Below are positions 1 through 12,322 of a stretch of DNA of 64,000 nt, one piece after another. Origin of the DNA: Squalus acanthias. Its lineage: Eukaryota. A program made the position numbers and the translations under genes. A model generated the notes under the pieces. That model saw only the letters and a program-made list of their open reading frames with translations, was not told where the DNA came from and did not search any database. Each line of letters begins with the position of its first letter. Within the stretch, counting starts at the first letter, position 1. The stretch spans positions 54,808,001 through 54,872,000 of the forward strand of contig CM059446.1 of the NCBI GenBank assembly GCA_030390025.1, read 5' to 3'.

Positions 1-560
1 AAGGGATCCTGAAGCAGAGGCGGCTCCGAGGGAAGGAGGGGCCTCCAGACCAAGCACTGTGCCCAAATGCCAGTGAACCAACCCGTACGGTTCGGTCTGG
101 AGACGCCCAGAGGCCGAGTAGTTCTGATGTGAATGGCAATCGCTCCATCTTGCTTGACCCCTCGCACCCTCAGCCCGAAGCTGAAAGCGGCCACCTTACT
201 TTACTTGCAACGTCCGCGGACCCGAGCAAGAGGGACCCCCCAGCACAGAGGGCAAACCCACTGACTCGCGAGGACCCCGTCGGACTGTCGCGAGTCGCGG
301 CCCTTCGCCGGGCCGGCCCTCCGCGCTTCTGCTGTAGTGCCGCCAAGTGCGTGGCGATCGACTGTGAGATGGTGGGCACAGGCCCCTGCGGGCGGCTGGG
401 CGAGATGGCCAGGTGCAGCATAGTCAACTATCAGGGCGACGTCATCTATGACAAGTATGTAAAGCCACGACTTCCCATCACCGACTACCGGACCCGGTGG
501 AGCGGCATCCGAAAGCAGCACATGACGAGCGCAATCGAGTTTAATGTTGCACAGAGGGAG
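1..560 (+). CDS. AEN: AEN (apoptosis-enhancing nuclease, DEDDh exonuclease) coding exon, 5' end outside window
   Basis: The frame is open from position 3 ([10 protein letters not shown]...) through [60 protein letters not shown]...AQRE. This contains the ExoI DxE motif. Phase-0 donor GAG|GTGAGT at 560/561. Confidence 0.93.
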
Positions 561-635
561 GTGAGTGACCCGAGTGTATAATAATCCATAATAATGTGTT
601 CAACGTCTTGTGCATAGCTCGCACTTCCTGCAAGT

Positions 636-1078
636 GCAGTTAGTAGCACACTTGCCTCTGAGGCAGAAGGTTGTGGGTTCAAGCCCCACTCCAGAGACCT
701 GAGCACAAAATCTAGGCTGACACTCCAGTGCAGTACTGAGGGAGTGCGGCACAGTCGGAGATGCCGTCTTTCAGATGAGACGTTAAACTGAGGCCCCGTC
801 TGCGCTCTCAAGTGGACGTAAAAGATCCCATGGCACTATTTCGAAAAAGAGATGGGGAGTTCTCCCCGGTGTCCTGGCCAATATTTATCCCACAATCAAC
901 ACCGCTAAACAGATTATCTGGCCATTATCACATCGCTGTTTGAGGGAGCTTGCTGTGCGCAAATTGGCTGCCGTGTTTCCTACATCACAACAGTAACTAC
1001 ATGTAAAGTACTTTTTTGGTTGTAAACCGTTTTGGGACGTCCTGAGGTCGTGAAAGGTGCTATATAAATGCAAGTCTT
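636..1078 (+). mobile_element. tRNA-derived Deu-domain SINE (SacSINE1/DeuSINE-like)
   Basis: B-box GGTTCAAGCCCC; Deu-like core gatgagacgttaaac.gagg..aagatcccatggcact..cccggtgtcctggcc; L2-like tail gctatataaatgcaag. Confidence 0.85.
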
Positions 1079-1887
1079 AAGTGTCACATTTACTTCTTTT
1101 AATACTTCCCCGTCACGCTTTGTAGACTGCTCCTATTATAAAACAGCGAATACTCCAATTCTCGATGAGCAATGCCAGAGGAGGTTTGCCAGTACCATTC
1201 TGACCTATAAGTCAAAATAGAGTCAGTAATGATTGGGATGGAGAGAGTATCTGGAGGGATCTGCTAGGTTTTTGAACCCAGATCTACAGTTCTGCAATTG
1301 GAATAAAGGAGCCAAACACAAGTGTGTCAGTATCTTGGAAACTGTTAACGGTGCTAGTGGGATTTTTAAAAATAATTAACACGTACCGTTCCACATCAAT
1401 TATCTGCCTTTACAGCTACAGTCGCTTTTTTAAAAACTGAAAATCCACTTGAAGGATTATGGCCCAGAGCACCAAGGTTGCAAAAGCTTCGAAGAGATGA
1501 TGTGGCCAATGCAGAGGCAGCTGGCACTCGGTTTTAAAATGTAGGAGGATGTGAGGGCCTGGCAAAGTGTGAGTTAGATGAGGAGATGGTGCGATTGAGT
1601 CACATTCTTAACACTGAGAGGATGCAGGAGGAGGAAGATTATATAGGATGGAGCACTTCAGGCTTGGGAGGCACAAAAGAGGAAAGTTCGGAGGAAAAAT
1701 GTAGTGTTGATCAAAATGGAGTCGAGAACAATTGGGATGGAGTGAATATCTGGTTTTTTGAACCCAGATCCCTAGAAGATGAGTGCACATTTTCCCCATT
1801 GAATTCCTAATTAAGTTTGAGCTTCAGTAAGCTAACACTGTCCTTTTGAGGTTTAATCTTGTCTGAGGATGTCATTCACCTTGTTTG

Positions 1888-1970
1888 TGGAATAAATGCT
1901 GGAAATACTCGGGAGGACAGGCAGAGAGAAACTGAGTTAATGTTTCAGGCCGGTGACCGTTCCTCAGAAA
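1888..1970 (-). mobile_element. Penelope terminal-repeat fragment with hammerhead core (AEN intron)
   Basis: aaatgctggaaatactc...gagagaaactgagttaatgtttcaggccggtgaccgttcctcagaa. The minus strand reads CTGAGGA...GAAACATTAAC. Confidence 0.55.
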
Positions 1971-2569
1971 TGTGGAGTTTTACTGAGCAGGAGGAGCTGC
2001 GGTTTCCTATTTTAAATAAACCAATAGAGGCGATGCTGGGGTCGCCTCCAGTGTCACTCACAGGCAACTGCGCAAGTTCCCTCAAACTGAGGAGGCACCA
2101 CTAATAGAATTAAACCTCAAATCTAGTTAAACTAAAATAAATCGTAATATTATCGGTATCGGAGACACTCTTAACACGGTACACAGGTTTACAGGAGGAG
2201 TTTGACAATTGAGGTATTTATTAGCGACCTCTCATGTGGGTGGGCCGGGGACAGGCTGGGAAGTGGAGCAGGCAGGCAGGTATTGGAGTACAGCTCCAGT
2301 GAAGGGTGAGGACATGATTGGGGCAGGGCCTGTGAGTGGAGGGGTTTGTCTGGGTTTGAAGGCTGTGGTTGAGGTCAGGACAGAGGCGGGGTGGGGGGTG
2401 TCATGGGGGTGCTGTCGCCATGTTTGTATTGAAGAAACAAATCCCAGCCTCACCCAGTGGTCAGTAGTGCTGTCACTGAAATATAACCTTTTTTGTTGCA
2501 GGATGTGACTATTAGCAGCCTAGAACAAACCACCATACAGACCCATCAGCTTGGAAATAATATATTTTT

Positions 2570-2790
2570 AAAATTCATTCTCTGGGATATGGGATGTCGC
2601 TCACAAGGCCGGTATTTATTGCCCATCCCTAATTGCCCTTGAGAAGGTGGTGGTGAGCCGCCGCCTTGAACCGCTGCAGTCCGTGTAGTGAAGGTACTCC
2701 CACAGTGCTGTTAGGGAGGGAGTTCCAGGATTTTGACCCAGTGATGATGCAGGAACAGCGATATACTTCCAAGTCAGGATAGTTGCGTGA
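2570..2790 (-). mobile_element. LINE family B 3' tail
   Basis: Reverse complement of the 9050-9230 tail. Confidence 0.75.
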
Positions 2791-2875
2791 CGTGGGTGGG
2801 TGGGGGGGGGAAATAAATCCGACAGATTCATCATTTATTGCAGCGGTTACATTTTTAACTTGTGCTTCAATTCAG

Positions 2876-3076
2876 ATCTTGAAGATCCTGAAGGGTAAAA
2901 TTGTGGTGGGCCACGCACTGCACAACGACTTTAAAGCGCTGAAGTATTTTCATCCGAGATCTCTGACGAGGGACACGAGTAAGATCCCGATGTTGAAGCG
3001 GAAGGCTGGGTTTCCAGAAAGAGAGTCTGTGTCCCTGAAGAATCTGGCGAAGCTGCTTCTGCGCAAAAACATCCAG
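2876..3076 (+). CDS. AEN: AEN internal coding exon (201 bp)
   Basis: Acceptor ttcag|ATC and donor CAG|GTGAGT. Encodes [38 protein letters not shown]...[16 protein letters not shown] (ExoII HxxxxD motif). Confidence 0.95.
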
Positions 3077-3099
3077 GTGAGTACGTGAACCGACTTAAT

Positions 3100-4070
3100 T
3101 ACAAGGGGATTTGAGTATAAGAGTAAAGACGTCTTGCTGCAATTATATTCTTCTCTTCTTCTTAGGCAGTCCCTCGGAACCGAGGATGACTTGCTTCCAC
3201 ACTAGAAATGAGTTCTCAGGTGACTGCTGAGTCCGATGCGGGACCTACAGTCTCTGTCACAGGTGGGGCAGACGGTGGTTGAAGGGGGCGGGTGGGTGGG
3301 GTGCTTGGGTTGACGTGCGCTCCTTGCGCTGCTTACGCTTGCTCCCGGCGAAGAGACTCCAGGTGTTCGGCGCCTTCCAAGATGCTTCTCCTCCACTTTG
3401 TGCGGTCTTGGGCCAGGGATTCCCAGGTGTCGGTGGGGATGTTGCACTTTTTCAAGGAGGCTTTGAAGGTGTCCTTGCAATTACATAGGGCCCTGGTGAG
3501 ACCACACCTGGAGTATTGTGTAGAGTTTTGGTCTCCTTACCTAAGGAAGGATATACTTACCATAGAGGGAGCACAACAAAGGTTCACCAGACTGGTTCCT
3601 GAGATGGGGAGATTGTCCTATGAGGAGAGATTGAGTAGACTAGGCCTATATTCTCTAGCGTTTAGAAGAATGAGAGGTGATCTCATTGAATCATACAAAA
3701 TTCTTACAGGGCTTGACCGGGTAGATGCAGGAGGATGTTTCCCCTGGCTGGGGAGTCTAGAACCAGAGGTCACAGTCTCAGAATAAGGGGTCGGCCATTT
3801 AGGACTGAGATGTGGAGAAATTTCTTCACTCAGAGGGTGGTGAATCTTTGGAATTCTCTACCCCAGAGGGCTGTGGAGGCTCAGTTGTTGAGTATATTCA
3901 AGACGGAGATCGATAGATTTTTGAATATTAAGGAAATCAAGGGATATGGGGATAGTGCAGGAAAGTGGAGATGAGGTAGAAGATCAGCCATGATCTTATT
4001 GAATGGCGGAGCAGGCTCGAAGTGCCAAATGGCCGACTCCTGCTCCTATTTCTTGTGTTCTTATGTTCTT
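3100..4070 (+). mobile_element. CR1 LINE 3' fragment (split by the RTE insertion)
   Basis: Encodes LVRPHLEYCVEFWSPYLRKDI...RRMRGDLIE and RNFFTQRVVNLWNSLP. Tail ttcttgtgttcttatgttctt. Confidence 0.9.
3149..3475 (-). mobile_element. RTE-clade LINE 3' fragment inserted into a CR1
   Basis: C-terminal zinc-finger CPTCDRDCRSRIGLSSHLRTH and an (AAG)n tail. TSD tgcaattatat (3138-3148) / tgcaattacat (3476-3486). Confidence 0.85.
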
Positions 4071-6251
4071 AAATCTTTTGCTCTGGGAGTTGAGTTGCAG
4101 TCTGTTGAGACTGAGGGTGCTTTCCTCCCACTGGCCTGCTGGGGGCAGCAGAGCTGGTGCACTCAACCCATCCGGGCTGGCCATAAGTTTCAGTTTCCTA
4201 CTTGGCCACCTTCCACAGCCAGCTGAGAAAGTCCCTCGATTAGAATGCCGTGGAGTTTGCCCTGCAGTATAAAGGAGGCACGTCACCTGAGATGTACAAA
4301 AACAAAGAAAAAATTTGCATTAATACCGTGCTTTTAATCTCCTGAGTATGCCCACTTCACAGCATGTGGGCTACTGTTGAAATGCAGTCAACATCCTGGG
4401 GGGGTCCCCATTGACCAGAAACTTACCTGGACCAGCCACATAAATACTGTGGCTACAAGAGAACGACAAGAGGCTGGATATTCTGCGGCGAGTGTCTCGC
4501 CTCCTGACTCCCCAAAACATAAGAACATAAGAAATAGGAGCAGGAGTCGGCCATTTGGCCCTTTGAGCCTGCTCCGTCATTCAATAAGATCATGGCTGAT
4601 CTTCTACCTCAACTCCACTTTCCTGCACTATCCCCATATCCCTTGATTCCCTTAATATCCAAAAATCTATCGATCTCTGTCTTGACTATACTCAACGACT
4701 GAGCCTCCACAGCCCTCTGGGATAGAGAATTCCAAAGATTCACAACCCCTTGAGTGAAGAAATTTCTCTTCATCTCAGTCCTAAATGGCCGACCCCTTAT
4801 TCTGAGACTATGACCCCTGGTTCTAGACTCCCCAGCCAGGGGAAACATTCTCCCTGCATCTACCCTGTTAAGCCCTGTAAGAATTTTGTATGTTTAAATG
4901 AGATCACCTCTCATTCTTCTAAACTCTAGAGAATATAGGCCTAGTCTACTCAATCTCTCCTCATAGGACAATCCCCCCCATCCCAGGAACCAGTCTGGTG
5001 AACCTTTGTTGAACTCCCTCTATGGCAGGTATATCCTTCCTTAGGTAAGGAGACCAAAACTGTACACAATACTCCAGGTGTGGTCTCGCCAGGGCCCTAT
5101 ATAATTGCAGTAAGACGTCTTTACTCTTATACTCAAATCCTCTTGTAATAATGGCCAACATACCATTTGCTTTCCTAACTGCTTGCTGTACCTGCATGTT
5201 AGCTTTCAGTGATTCGTGTATAAGGACACCCAGGTCCCTCTGAACACCAACATTTCCCAATCTCTCACTATTTTAAAAAATACTCTGCTTTTCTATTTTT
5301 TCCTACCAAAGTGGATAACTTCACATTTCTCCACATTATATTCCATTTGCCATTTTCTTGCCCACTCACTTAGCCTGTCTATACCCCCTTGAAGCCACTT
5401 TGCATCCTCCTCACAACTTACATTCCCACCTTGCTTTGTATCATCAGCAAACTTGGATATATTATATTTGGTCCCCTCATCCAAATCATTGATGTAGATT
5501 GTGAATAGCTGAGGCCCAAGCACCGATCCTTGCGGTACCCCACTAGTTACAGCCTGCCAACCCAAAAATGACCTGTGTATTCCTACTCTCTTTTTTCTGT
5601 CTGTTAACCAATCCTCAATCTATGCTAGTATATTACCCCCAATCCCATGAGCCCTAATTTTGTTTAATAACCTCTTGTGTGGCACCTTATCGAATGCCTT
5701 CTGAAAATCCAAATAAACCACATCCACCAGTCCCTCCTTATCTATTCTGCTAGTTACAACCTCAAAAAATGCCTACAGATTCATCAAACATGATTTCCCT
5801 TTCATAAATTTGTGTTGGCTCTGCCCAATCCTATTATTTTCTAAGTGCCCTGTTACCACGTCCTTAATAATAGATTCTAGCATTTTCCCTACTACTGATG
5901 GCAGGCTAACTGATCTGTAGTTCCTCTTTTTCTCTCGCCCTCCTTTCTTAAATAGTGGGGTTACATTTGCTGCCTTCCAATATGCGGGAACTGTTCTAGA
6001 ATCTATGGAATTTTGGAAGATGACAACCAATGCATCCACGATCTCTACAGCCATCTCTTTCAAAACCCTAGGATGTAGACCATTAGGTCCAGGGGATTTA
6101 TCGGCTTTCAGTCTCATTTAATTTCTCCAGTACTATCTTTTTTTTTACTAATACTAATTTCTTTCAGTTCCTAATTCTCGCTAGACCCTTGGTTCTCCAC
6201 TATTTCCGGGAGGTTTTCTGCGTCTTCTTCCGTGAAGACAGACACAAAGTA

Positions 6252-6606
6252 CAGGAAACTCTTTATTAACCGGGACCGGCGTGGTGCCGGTTAATCAAAA
6301 AGTCCGGATAACGGAGAGTTATATCTCCCAACGTACGAGAGCCCCGTACACATTGACATGCGCCTGCATTCGGAGCTCCGTCTCCCCGGGAACCGCCAGT
6401 TGACCATCTGTCGTGTCCGCTGCCTACCCGGGCTGCACATTCCCCTCCCAATCTACACGCTCCGATACAAGGCACACGCCTCGGGGTTTTTTTTAAAGTT
6501 AATTTTAAACGAGAGATGAAGGAAAACCCCGGTTACCTACACAAGAATTTTGCCGGTTAAGAGAGATTTCCGGATATTTGGGTGCCGGTTAATAAAGAGT
6601 TTCCTG
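6252..6606. mobile_element. Tc1/mariner (pogo/Tigger-type) MITE
   Basis: Perfect 22-bp TIR CAGGAAACTCTTTATTAACCGG at both ends, with TA on both flanks. The host CR1 rejoins as gacacaaagTA|tttgtttaa. Confidence 0.9.
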
Positions 6607-6629
6607 TATTTGTTTAATTTCTCCTGTCT

Positions 6630-7168
6630 CAGCCTTTCCACCATCTACAAGGCACAAGTAAGGAGTGTGATGGAATACTCTCCACTTGCCTGGATGAGTG
6701 CAGCTCCAACAACACTCAAGAGGCTCGACACCATCCAGGACAAAGCAGCCCGCTTGATTGGCACCCCATCCACCACCTTAAACATTCACTCCCTCCACCA
6801 CTAGTGCACCATGGCTGCAGTGTATACCATCTACAAGATGCACTGCAGCAACTCGCCAAGGCTTCTTTGGCAGCACCTCCCAAACCCGTGACCTCTTCCA
6901 CCTAGAAGGACAAGGGCAGCAGACACATGGGAACACCACCACCTCCAAGTTCCCCTCCAAGTCACACACCATTATGACTTAGAAGTATATCACCGACCCT
7001 TCATCGTCGCTGGGTCAAAATCCTGGAACTGCCTCCCCAATAGCGCTGTTGGGGGTACCTTCACCACACGGACTGCAGCGGCTCACCACCACCTTCTCGA
7101 GGGCAATTAGGAATGGGCAATAAATGCCAGCGACGCCCACATCCCATAAAAACAAACAAATAAAAAGC
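6630..7168 (+). mobile_element. CR1/L2-group LINE 'family B' 3' fragment
   Basis: Encodes LSTIYKAQVRSVMEYSPLAWMSAAPTTLKRLDTIQDKAARLI. Tail gggcaataaatgcc...cccacatccc-A-rich. Confidence 0.8.
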
Positions 7169-8689
7169 CTGTAAGGGACCCACATTTACTTTAGCTAATC
7201 TTTTCCTTTTTACATACCTATAGAAGCTTTTACAGTCTGTTTTTATGTCTCTCGCTAGTTTACTCTCATTCTATTTTAACTTTCTTTATCAATTTCTTGG
7301 TCCTCCTGTGCTGAATTCTAAAATTCTCCCAATCCTCAGGCTTACTGCTCTTTTTGGCAACATTATAAACCTCTTCCTTTGATCTAATATCTTTAACCTC
7401 TCATTAGCCACAGTTGGACCACTTTTCCTGTGGGGTTTTTGTGCCTTAAAGGAATGTATATTTGTTGCAAATTATGTATTCTTTAAATGCTAGCCATTGT
7501 TTGTCTACCATCCTACCTTTTAATATAGTTTCCCAATCTACCTTGGCCAACTCGCCCCTCATAACTACCTAGTTTAGATTTAAGACCCTAGTTTCGGATT
7601 TAACTAAATCACTTTTGAACTTAATATAAAATTTTATGGTCTTCCCTAAAGGCTCCTTTACTGCAAGGTTATTAAATTAATTCTCATTGCACAATACTAG
7701 ATCTAAAATAGTCTGTTCCCTAGTTGGTTCCTCAACATACTGATCTAGAAAACTATCTTGCATACATTCCATGAATTCATCCTCCACACTATTGCTGCAA
7801 ATTTGGTTTGCCCAGTCTTTATGTAGATTAAAGTCCCCCATGATTACTGTATTACCCTTGTTACATGTGTCTCTTAATTTCCTGATTTATACTCTGCCCT
7901 ACATTACAACTACTGTTTGGGGGCCTATAAACAACTCCCACCAATGTTTTCTGCCCCTTGGTGTTTCTTAGCTCCACCCAAACTGATTCTACTTCTTGAT
8001 TTTCGGAGCCAGATCCTTTCTCTCTGCTGTCTTTATCCCATCCTTTATTATCAGGGCTACCCCTCGTCTTTTCCATTTTGCCTATCTCTTCTAAAACTTA
8101 AGTATCCTGGAATGTTTAGTTACCAAACTTGGTCAGTTTGCAACCACGTCTCCGTAATGGCTATTAGATCAAACCTATTAATTTCTATCTGTGCTATTAA
8201 TTCATCTATTTTGTTGCGAATGCTTCACGCATTCAGATATAGTGACTTTAGCTTTGACTTTTTTCCTTTTTTTCCCCCCTGATGTCACCTTAGTCACTGA
8301 TGCCCTATGTTACTCTCTCTCTGTCCCTTCCTGACCCACTCAGCTTATTTTTACCAAAAACTCTGCTCTGCTCTCGAGCCTTGACATTTCTCTTGCTGCT
8401 TTTAAATTTACTCTTTCCTGAATCCTCCCACCCCCCGCCCCCTCTCATTAGTTTAAAGCCCTGTCTACTGCCCTAGTTATTCGATTTGCCAGGACACTGG
8501 TTCCAGCCGCATTAAGTGGAGCCCGTCCCAATGGAACAGCTCCCTCTTTTCCCCAGTACTGGTGCCAGTGCCCCACGAAGCAAAACCCCTGCCTCCCACA
8601 CCACTCTTTGAGCCATGCATTTAACCTTCTAATCTGCTTATCCCTATGCCAATTGGCGCGTGGCTCAGGTAACAATACAGAGAGAAATT

Positions 8690-9235
8690 TTCCACCATCT
8701 ACAAGGCACAAGTCAGGAGTGTGATGGAATACTCTCTGCTTGCCTGGATGAGTGTAGCTCCAACAGCACTCAGGAAGCTCGACACCATCCAGGACAAAGC
8801 AGCCTGCTTGATTGGCACCCCATCCACCACCTTAAACATTCACTCCCTCCACCACCGGCGTACCGTGGCTGCAGTGTGTGCCATCTACAAGATGCACTGC
8901 AGCAACTCGCCAAGGCTTCTTCGGCAGCACCTCTCAAGCCCACGACCTTTCCACCTAGAAGGACAAGGGCAGCAGGCACATGGGAACATCATCACCTCCA
9001 AGTTCCCCTCCAAGTCACACACCATCCTGACTTGGACGTATTTCGCCGTTCCTTCATCGTCGCTGGGTCAAAATCCTGGAACTCCCTCCCTAACAGCACT
9101 GTGGGAGTACTTTCACCACACGGACTGCAGTGGTTCAAGAAGGCGGCTCACCACCACCTTCTCGAGGGCAATTAGGGATGGGCAATAAATGCTGGCCTTG
9201 CCAATGACGCCCACATCCCGGGAATGAATATAAAA
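8690..9235 (+). mobile_element. LINE family B 3' fragment (continues 4385-4515)
   Basis: Same protein and tail as 6630-7168. Collinear with the uninterrupted copy at 61655-62490. Confidence 0.8.
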
Positions 9236-11083
9236 ATGTTATATAGGTAAATGCACTAGCCAATTCCCAGAAATAATCAAAAGAAGCGGCCACTTAATTT
9301 GTTATTGGTAGGTGTTGGTTGAGGGATAAATGTTGGTCAAGAGCATGGGAGAAATCCCTGATCTTCCAATGGTGTGTCCACCTCAACAGGTTGTCAGGGT
9401 CACGGTTTAACTTCTCATCCTTCCGCCCGCGCCCCCCCCCCCCCCCCAAAAAAAAACAGCACCTCTAACATGCATCACCCCTCTGCTACTGCACTGGAGT
9501 GTCAGCCCAGATTATGTGCTCAGGTCCTGGCGTGGGGCTTGATCCCAAGACCTTCAGGCTCGGACGTGCGAGTGCTACAGATGGGGCCGAGGCGGACTTG
9601 CCAGTAGCACCACCAGAAGCAGCTCTATATAACGTATCCATGCAGTGTTGCCCAACCTTTTTCAGGGGATCCGATCCGTTCAGCCACGAGGCCTTGGGCC
9701 TTCTCTTTCCTCGGTTGTCTAGTTTTCCCGACAGCACCCTGTTGGCAAACAGCCGACACCAGTAAACAAATCTGCTTCTGCGTCACGGGTTCCTGCAGGA
9801 TGTTTGTCCAACATCAGTCGATTCTGTATCGACACGAGTTTTGCCTCCTGGATCAAATTAAAACGAGGGTGTGTCGGGCAATAAGGAACCGGTTTTATCT
9901 GTGCTACATCCTCTGTTGGAACTCTAATTATAGGCTCCGGCAGTTACAACACCAGTTGGTCTATAATTGAATATGAGCCAGTCTCGAGCCACTTTGTTTT
10001 TTTTTATTCATTCACGGGATGTGGGCGTCGCTGACTAGGCCAGCATTTAATGCCAATCCCTAATTGCCCTTGAGAAGGTGTTGAGCCACCTTGAACCGCT
10101 GCAGTCTGTGTGGTGAGGGTCTTACAGTTTCTTATAGTGCCTTTGATACAACTGAGTGGCTGGCTGGGCCATTTCAGAGGGCAGTTAAGAGTCAACCACA
10201 TTGCTGTGGGTCTGGAGTCACAAATAGGTCAGACTGGGTAAGGACGGCAGATTTCCTTCCCTAAAGGACATTAGTGAACCTGATGGGTTTTTACGATAAT
10301 CCGGTAGTTACATGGTCACCATTACTGATACTAGCTTTTTATTCCAGATTTATTGACTGAATTTAGTCCAGGCCTCTGGATTACTATATTGTACGAGAAC
10401 CACCGGTTCCCTCGCGTACGGGTCTCGTGCCAGCCAGCGGCACCGCCAGAGATAAACCGAGCGGTTTGCCACTGAGTTACACAGACCACGGGGTGCCAGG
10501 CCTGATCTGATCCCAGTCTGTGATTGGTTAGTTGGTTGGGCTGGCACAGTTATGGCATTGATTAGGGGAAAGCATCTGGCTTGTTTCCTGCTCCTGATGG
10601 TGACTGCTGCTGGCATTTGTACAGATGTGGGTGAGAACAGGATAAGGCTCGGCTTTGACGCCACTCACGGTTGAAGTGCCGGACACCACTTGCTGTCTGG
10701 CCTTGTGTATGCAAAATGGGCACTTGGACAAGGTGGTGGTGGGTGGCTCTAATTTCTAGACTATGCCCCCCCTACCCCTAGACTCCCCAACCAGCGTAAA
10801 TAGTTTCTCTCTACCAGTTCCTCTTACTATCTTGAAAACTTCGATCGAATCACCTCCTAACCGTCTAAATTCCAGGTAACACAACCCTAGTGTGTGTGTG
10901 TGTATCTCTCCTCGTAATTTAACCCTTGGAGCCAGGTATCATTCTGGTAAATCTATTCTGCACTCCCTCCAAGGCCAATATATCCTTTGATTATAAATCG
11001 GAGCGGTCGGGTGAATAATTTGGTGGGGGGTCAGGGAAATGTTTCCCTCCCTGATTTGCTATCATTCCCTCTTCTTGTGGCAG

Positions 11084-11332
11084 GTCGGCAGAGATGGGCA
11101 CTGTTCTGTTGAGGATGCCTGCACCTCGATGGAGTTGTACCGACTGGTGGAGATTCGGTGGGAGCAGAAACTGTGCAATCGGTTGTCGGCAGGACATGAA
11201 AACGCAGCTTCTGAAACAAACTCTGAAATCGATCGCTACATGGGCGACCAGTACTGGCCTGCTGATTTGCAAGAGGACAGTAAACGTTCGGAGAAAGAAC
11301 TCTTCAGCATCAAGAATCATCAGCAGAGATGA
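11084..11332 (+). CDS. AEN: AEN last coding exon
   Basis: Pyrimidine tract plus cag|GTC. Encodes VGRDGHCSVEDACTSMELYRLVEIRWEQ...YMGDQYWPADL (ExoIII HxxxxD). The DQYWP tail is typical of AEN rather than ISG20/ISG20L2. TGA at 11330-11332. Confidence 0.93.
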   Translation, partial: VGRDGHCSVEDACTSMELYRLVEIRWEQKLCNRLSAGHENAASETNSEIDRYMGDQYWPADLQEDSKRSEKELFSIKNHQQR

Positions 11333-12185
11333 ACGCTATTGCTGCAAATGAACTGTAGCAGTCTAAACGCCGAAGTGTGCGTGTCTGTCGGAAGGGGGGG
11401 GTGATTCTTTCTTTCTCCCCGGTTCCATTGTTCTCGGGTCTTCCCGTTGCCCTGTGCCTCTCCTGACTGACCAACAAACTGGACGGTTAATCCCTCTCTG
11501 GCTTTCACCAATGGAATCGGTCTGTCAGGAAGCATGAGGCAGTGGCTCAACGTCCTGGCCTGAGATCCGCTAACTCGGCACACACACCCGGGACTGAATC
11601 CTGGACTGTGTGGCTCGGTACCACCATCAAGTGGTGCAGTTTGTCACCGAGGGAGCCTCAACACGTTTTAAGGAGAGTGGCTGGTGCACTGGGTTCTATC
11701 CTGGTCTTTCATCCCCGGGGGCGAAATTCCATCCCCGGGACAGTCCCAATCCTGTTCTCAGTGGGCAAGGTCCTAATGTATAAAACTGTGCTCCGAGAAA
11801 TCGCAGGATAGCTGTGTGTGGGGGAAATGGAAAAATGTGCAATAGTGGGTGCTGTCCTGTGGTAGGGGCTGAGGCAATTAGTCGGGGCAAAGTAGAGGGA
11901 GAGCTGCAGTCTGTATCCGACCTGACCTGGCAGTGCTTGGTGCTGACTCTGCTCTACTCGCCTTGACATTTAAGATTGCAGATGATTCTTCCATTACCAA
12001 CAGCTGAAACCTTGCTTGTTTTCCCAAGATAACAGGAGTGTTTATATATAATATGTTTGATGGAGCAATGATATGAAGTTGAGGGATCGCTGTACTGCCA
12101 CTCCTCACTTTCTCCTTTTAATGTTTATTTTTGAAATTTCTCCTTTCCTCCTTCACCTGAATATGCCGACTCTCCCTGTGGGTAC

Positions 12186-12322
12186 CAATGTTCCCTTTTT
12201 AATATTTTTTGGGTGCGCGGCCCATTCACAATACCGTGCGTGCCGCAGTGTTTCCCATTTAAAAGCCGGCTGCACGGGGGCTCCAGAGCTCTGCGTGGAC
12301 GTGCAGCTTAAAGGGAACATTG
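12186..12322. mobile_element. hAT-type MITE (same family)
   Basis: CAATGTTCCCTTT...AAAGGGAACATTG. TSD GTGGGTAC/GTGGATAC. Confidence 0.8.

Larger units (their letters stand above)
4516..8689 (-). mobile_element. Long CR1 LINE (ORF1 esterase end, endonuclease, RT), interrupted twice
   Basis: ORF1 SGNH-esterase-like IRRLNAWLKEWCGRQGF; EN VWVELRN..LVGVVYRPPN; RT GVPQGSVLGPQLFTIYINDL..KFADD; (AACATAAG)n tail at 4516. Confidence 0.9.

Noticed and set aside
9643-9765. hAT/Charlie-like MITE (cagtgttgcccaaccttttt...gttggcaaaca)
   Set aside because: The right end is too degenerate and there is no TSD, so it is not supportable as a feature.
1-11332. Assignment as ISG20L2 or REXO4
   Set aside because: The C-terminal YMxDQYWP extension, the KCVAIDCE motif and the position directly upstream of ISG20 fit AEN.
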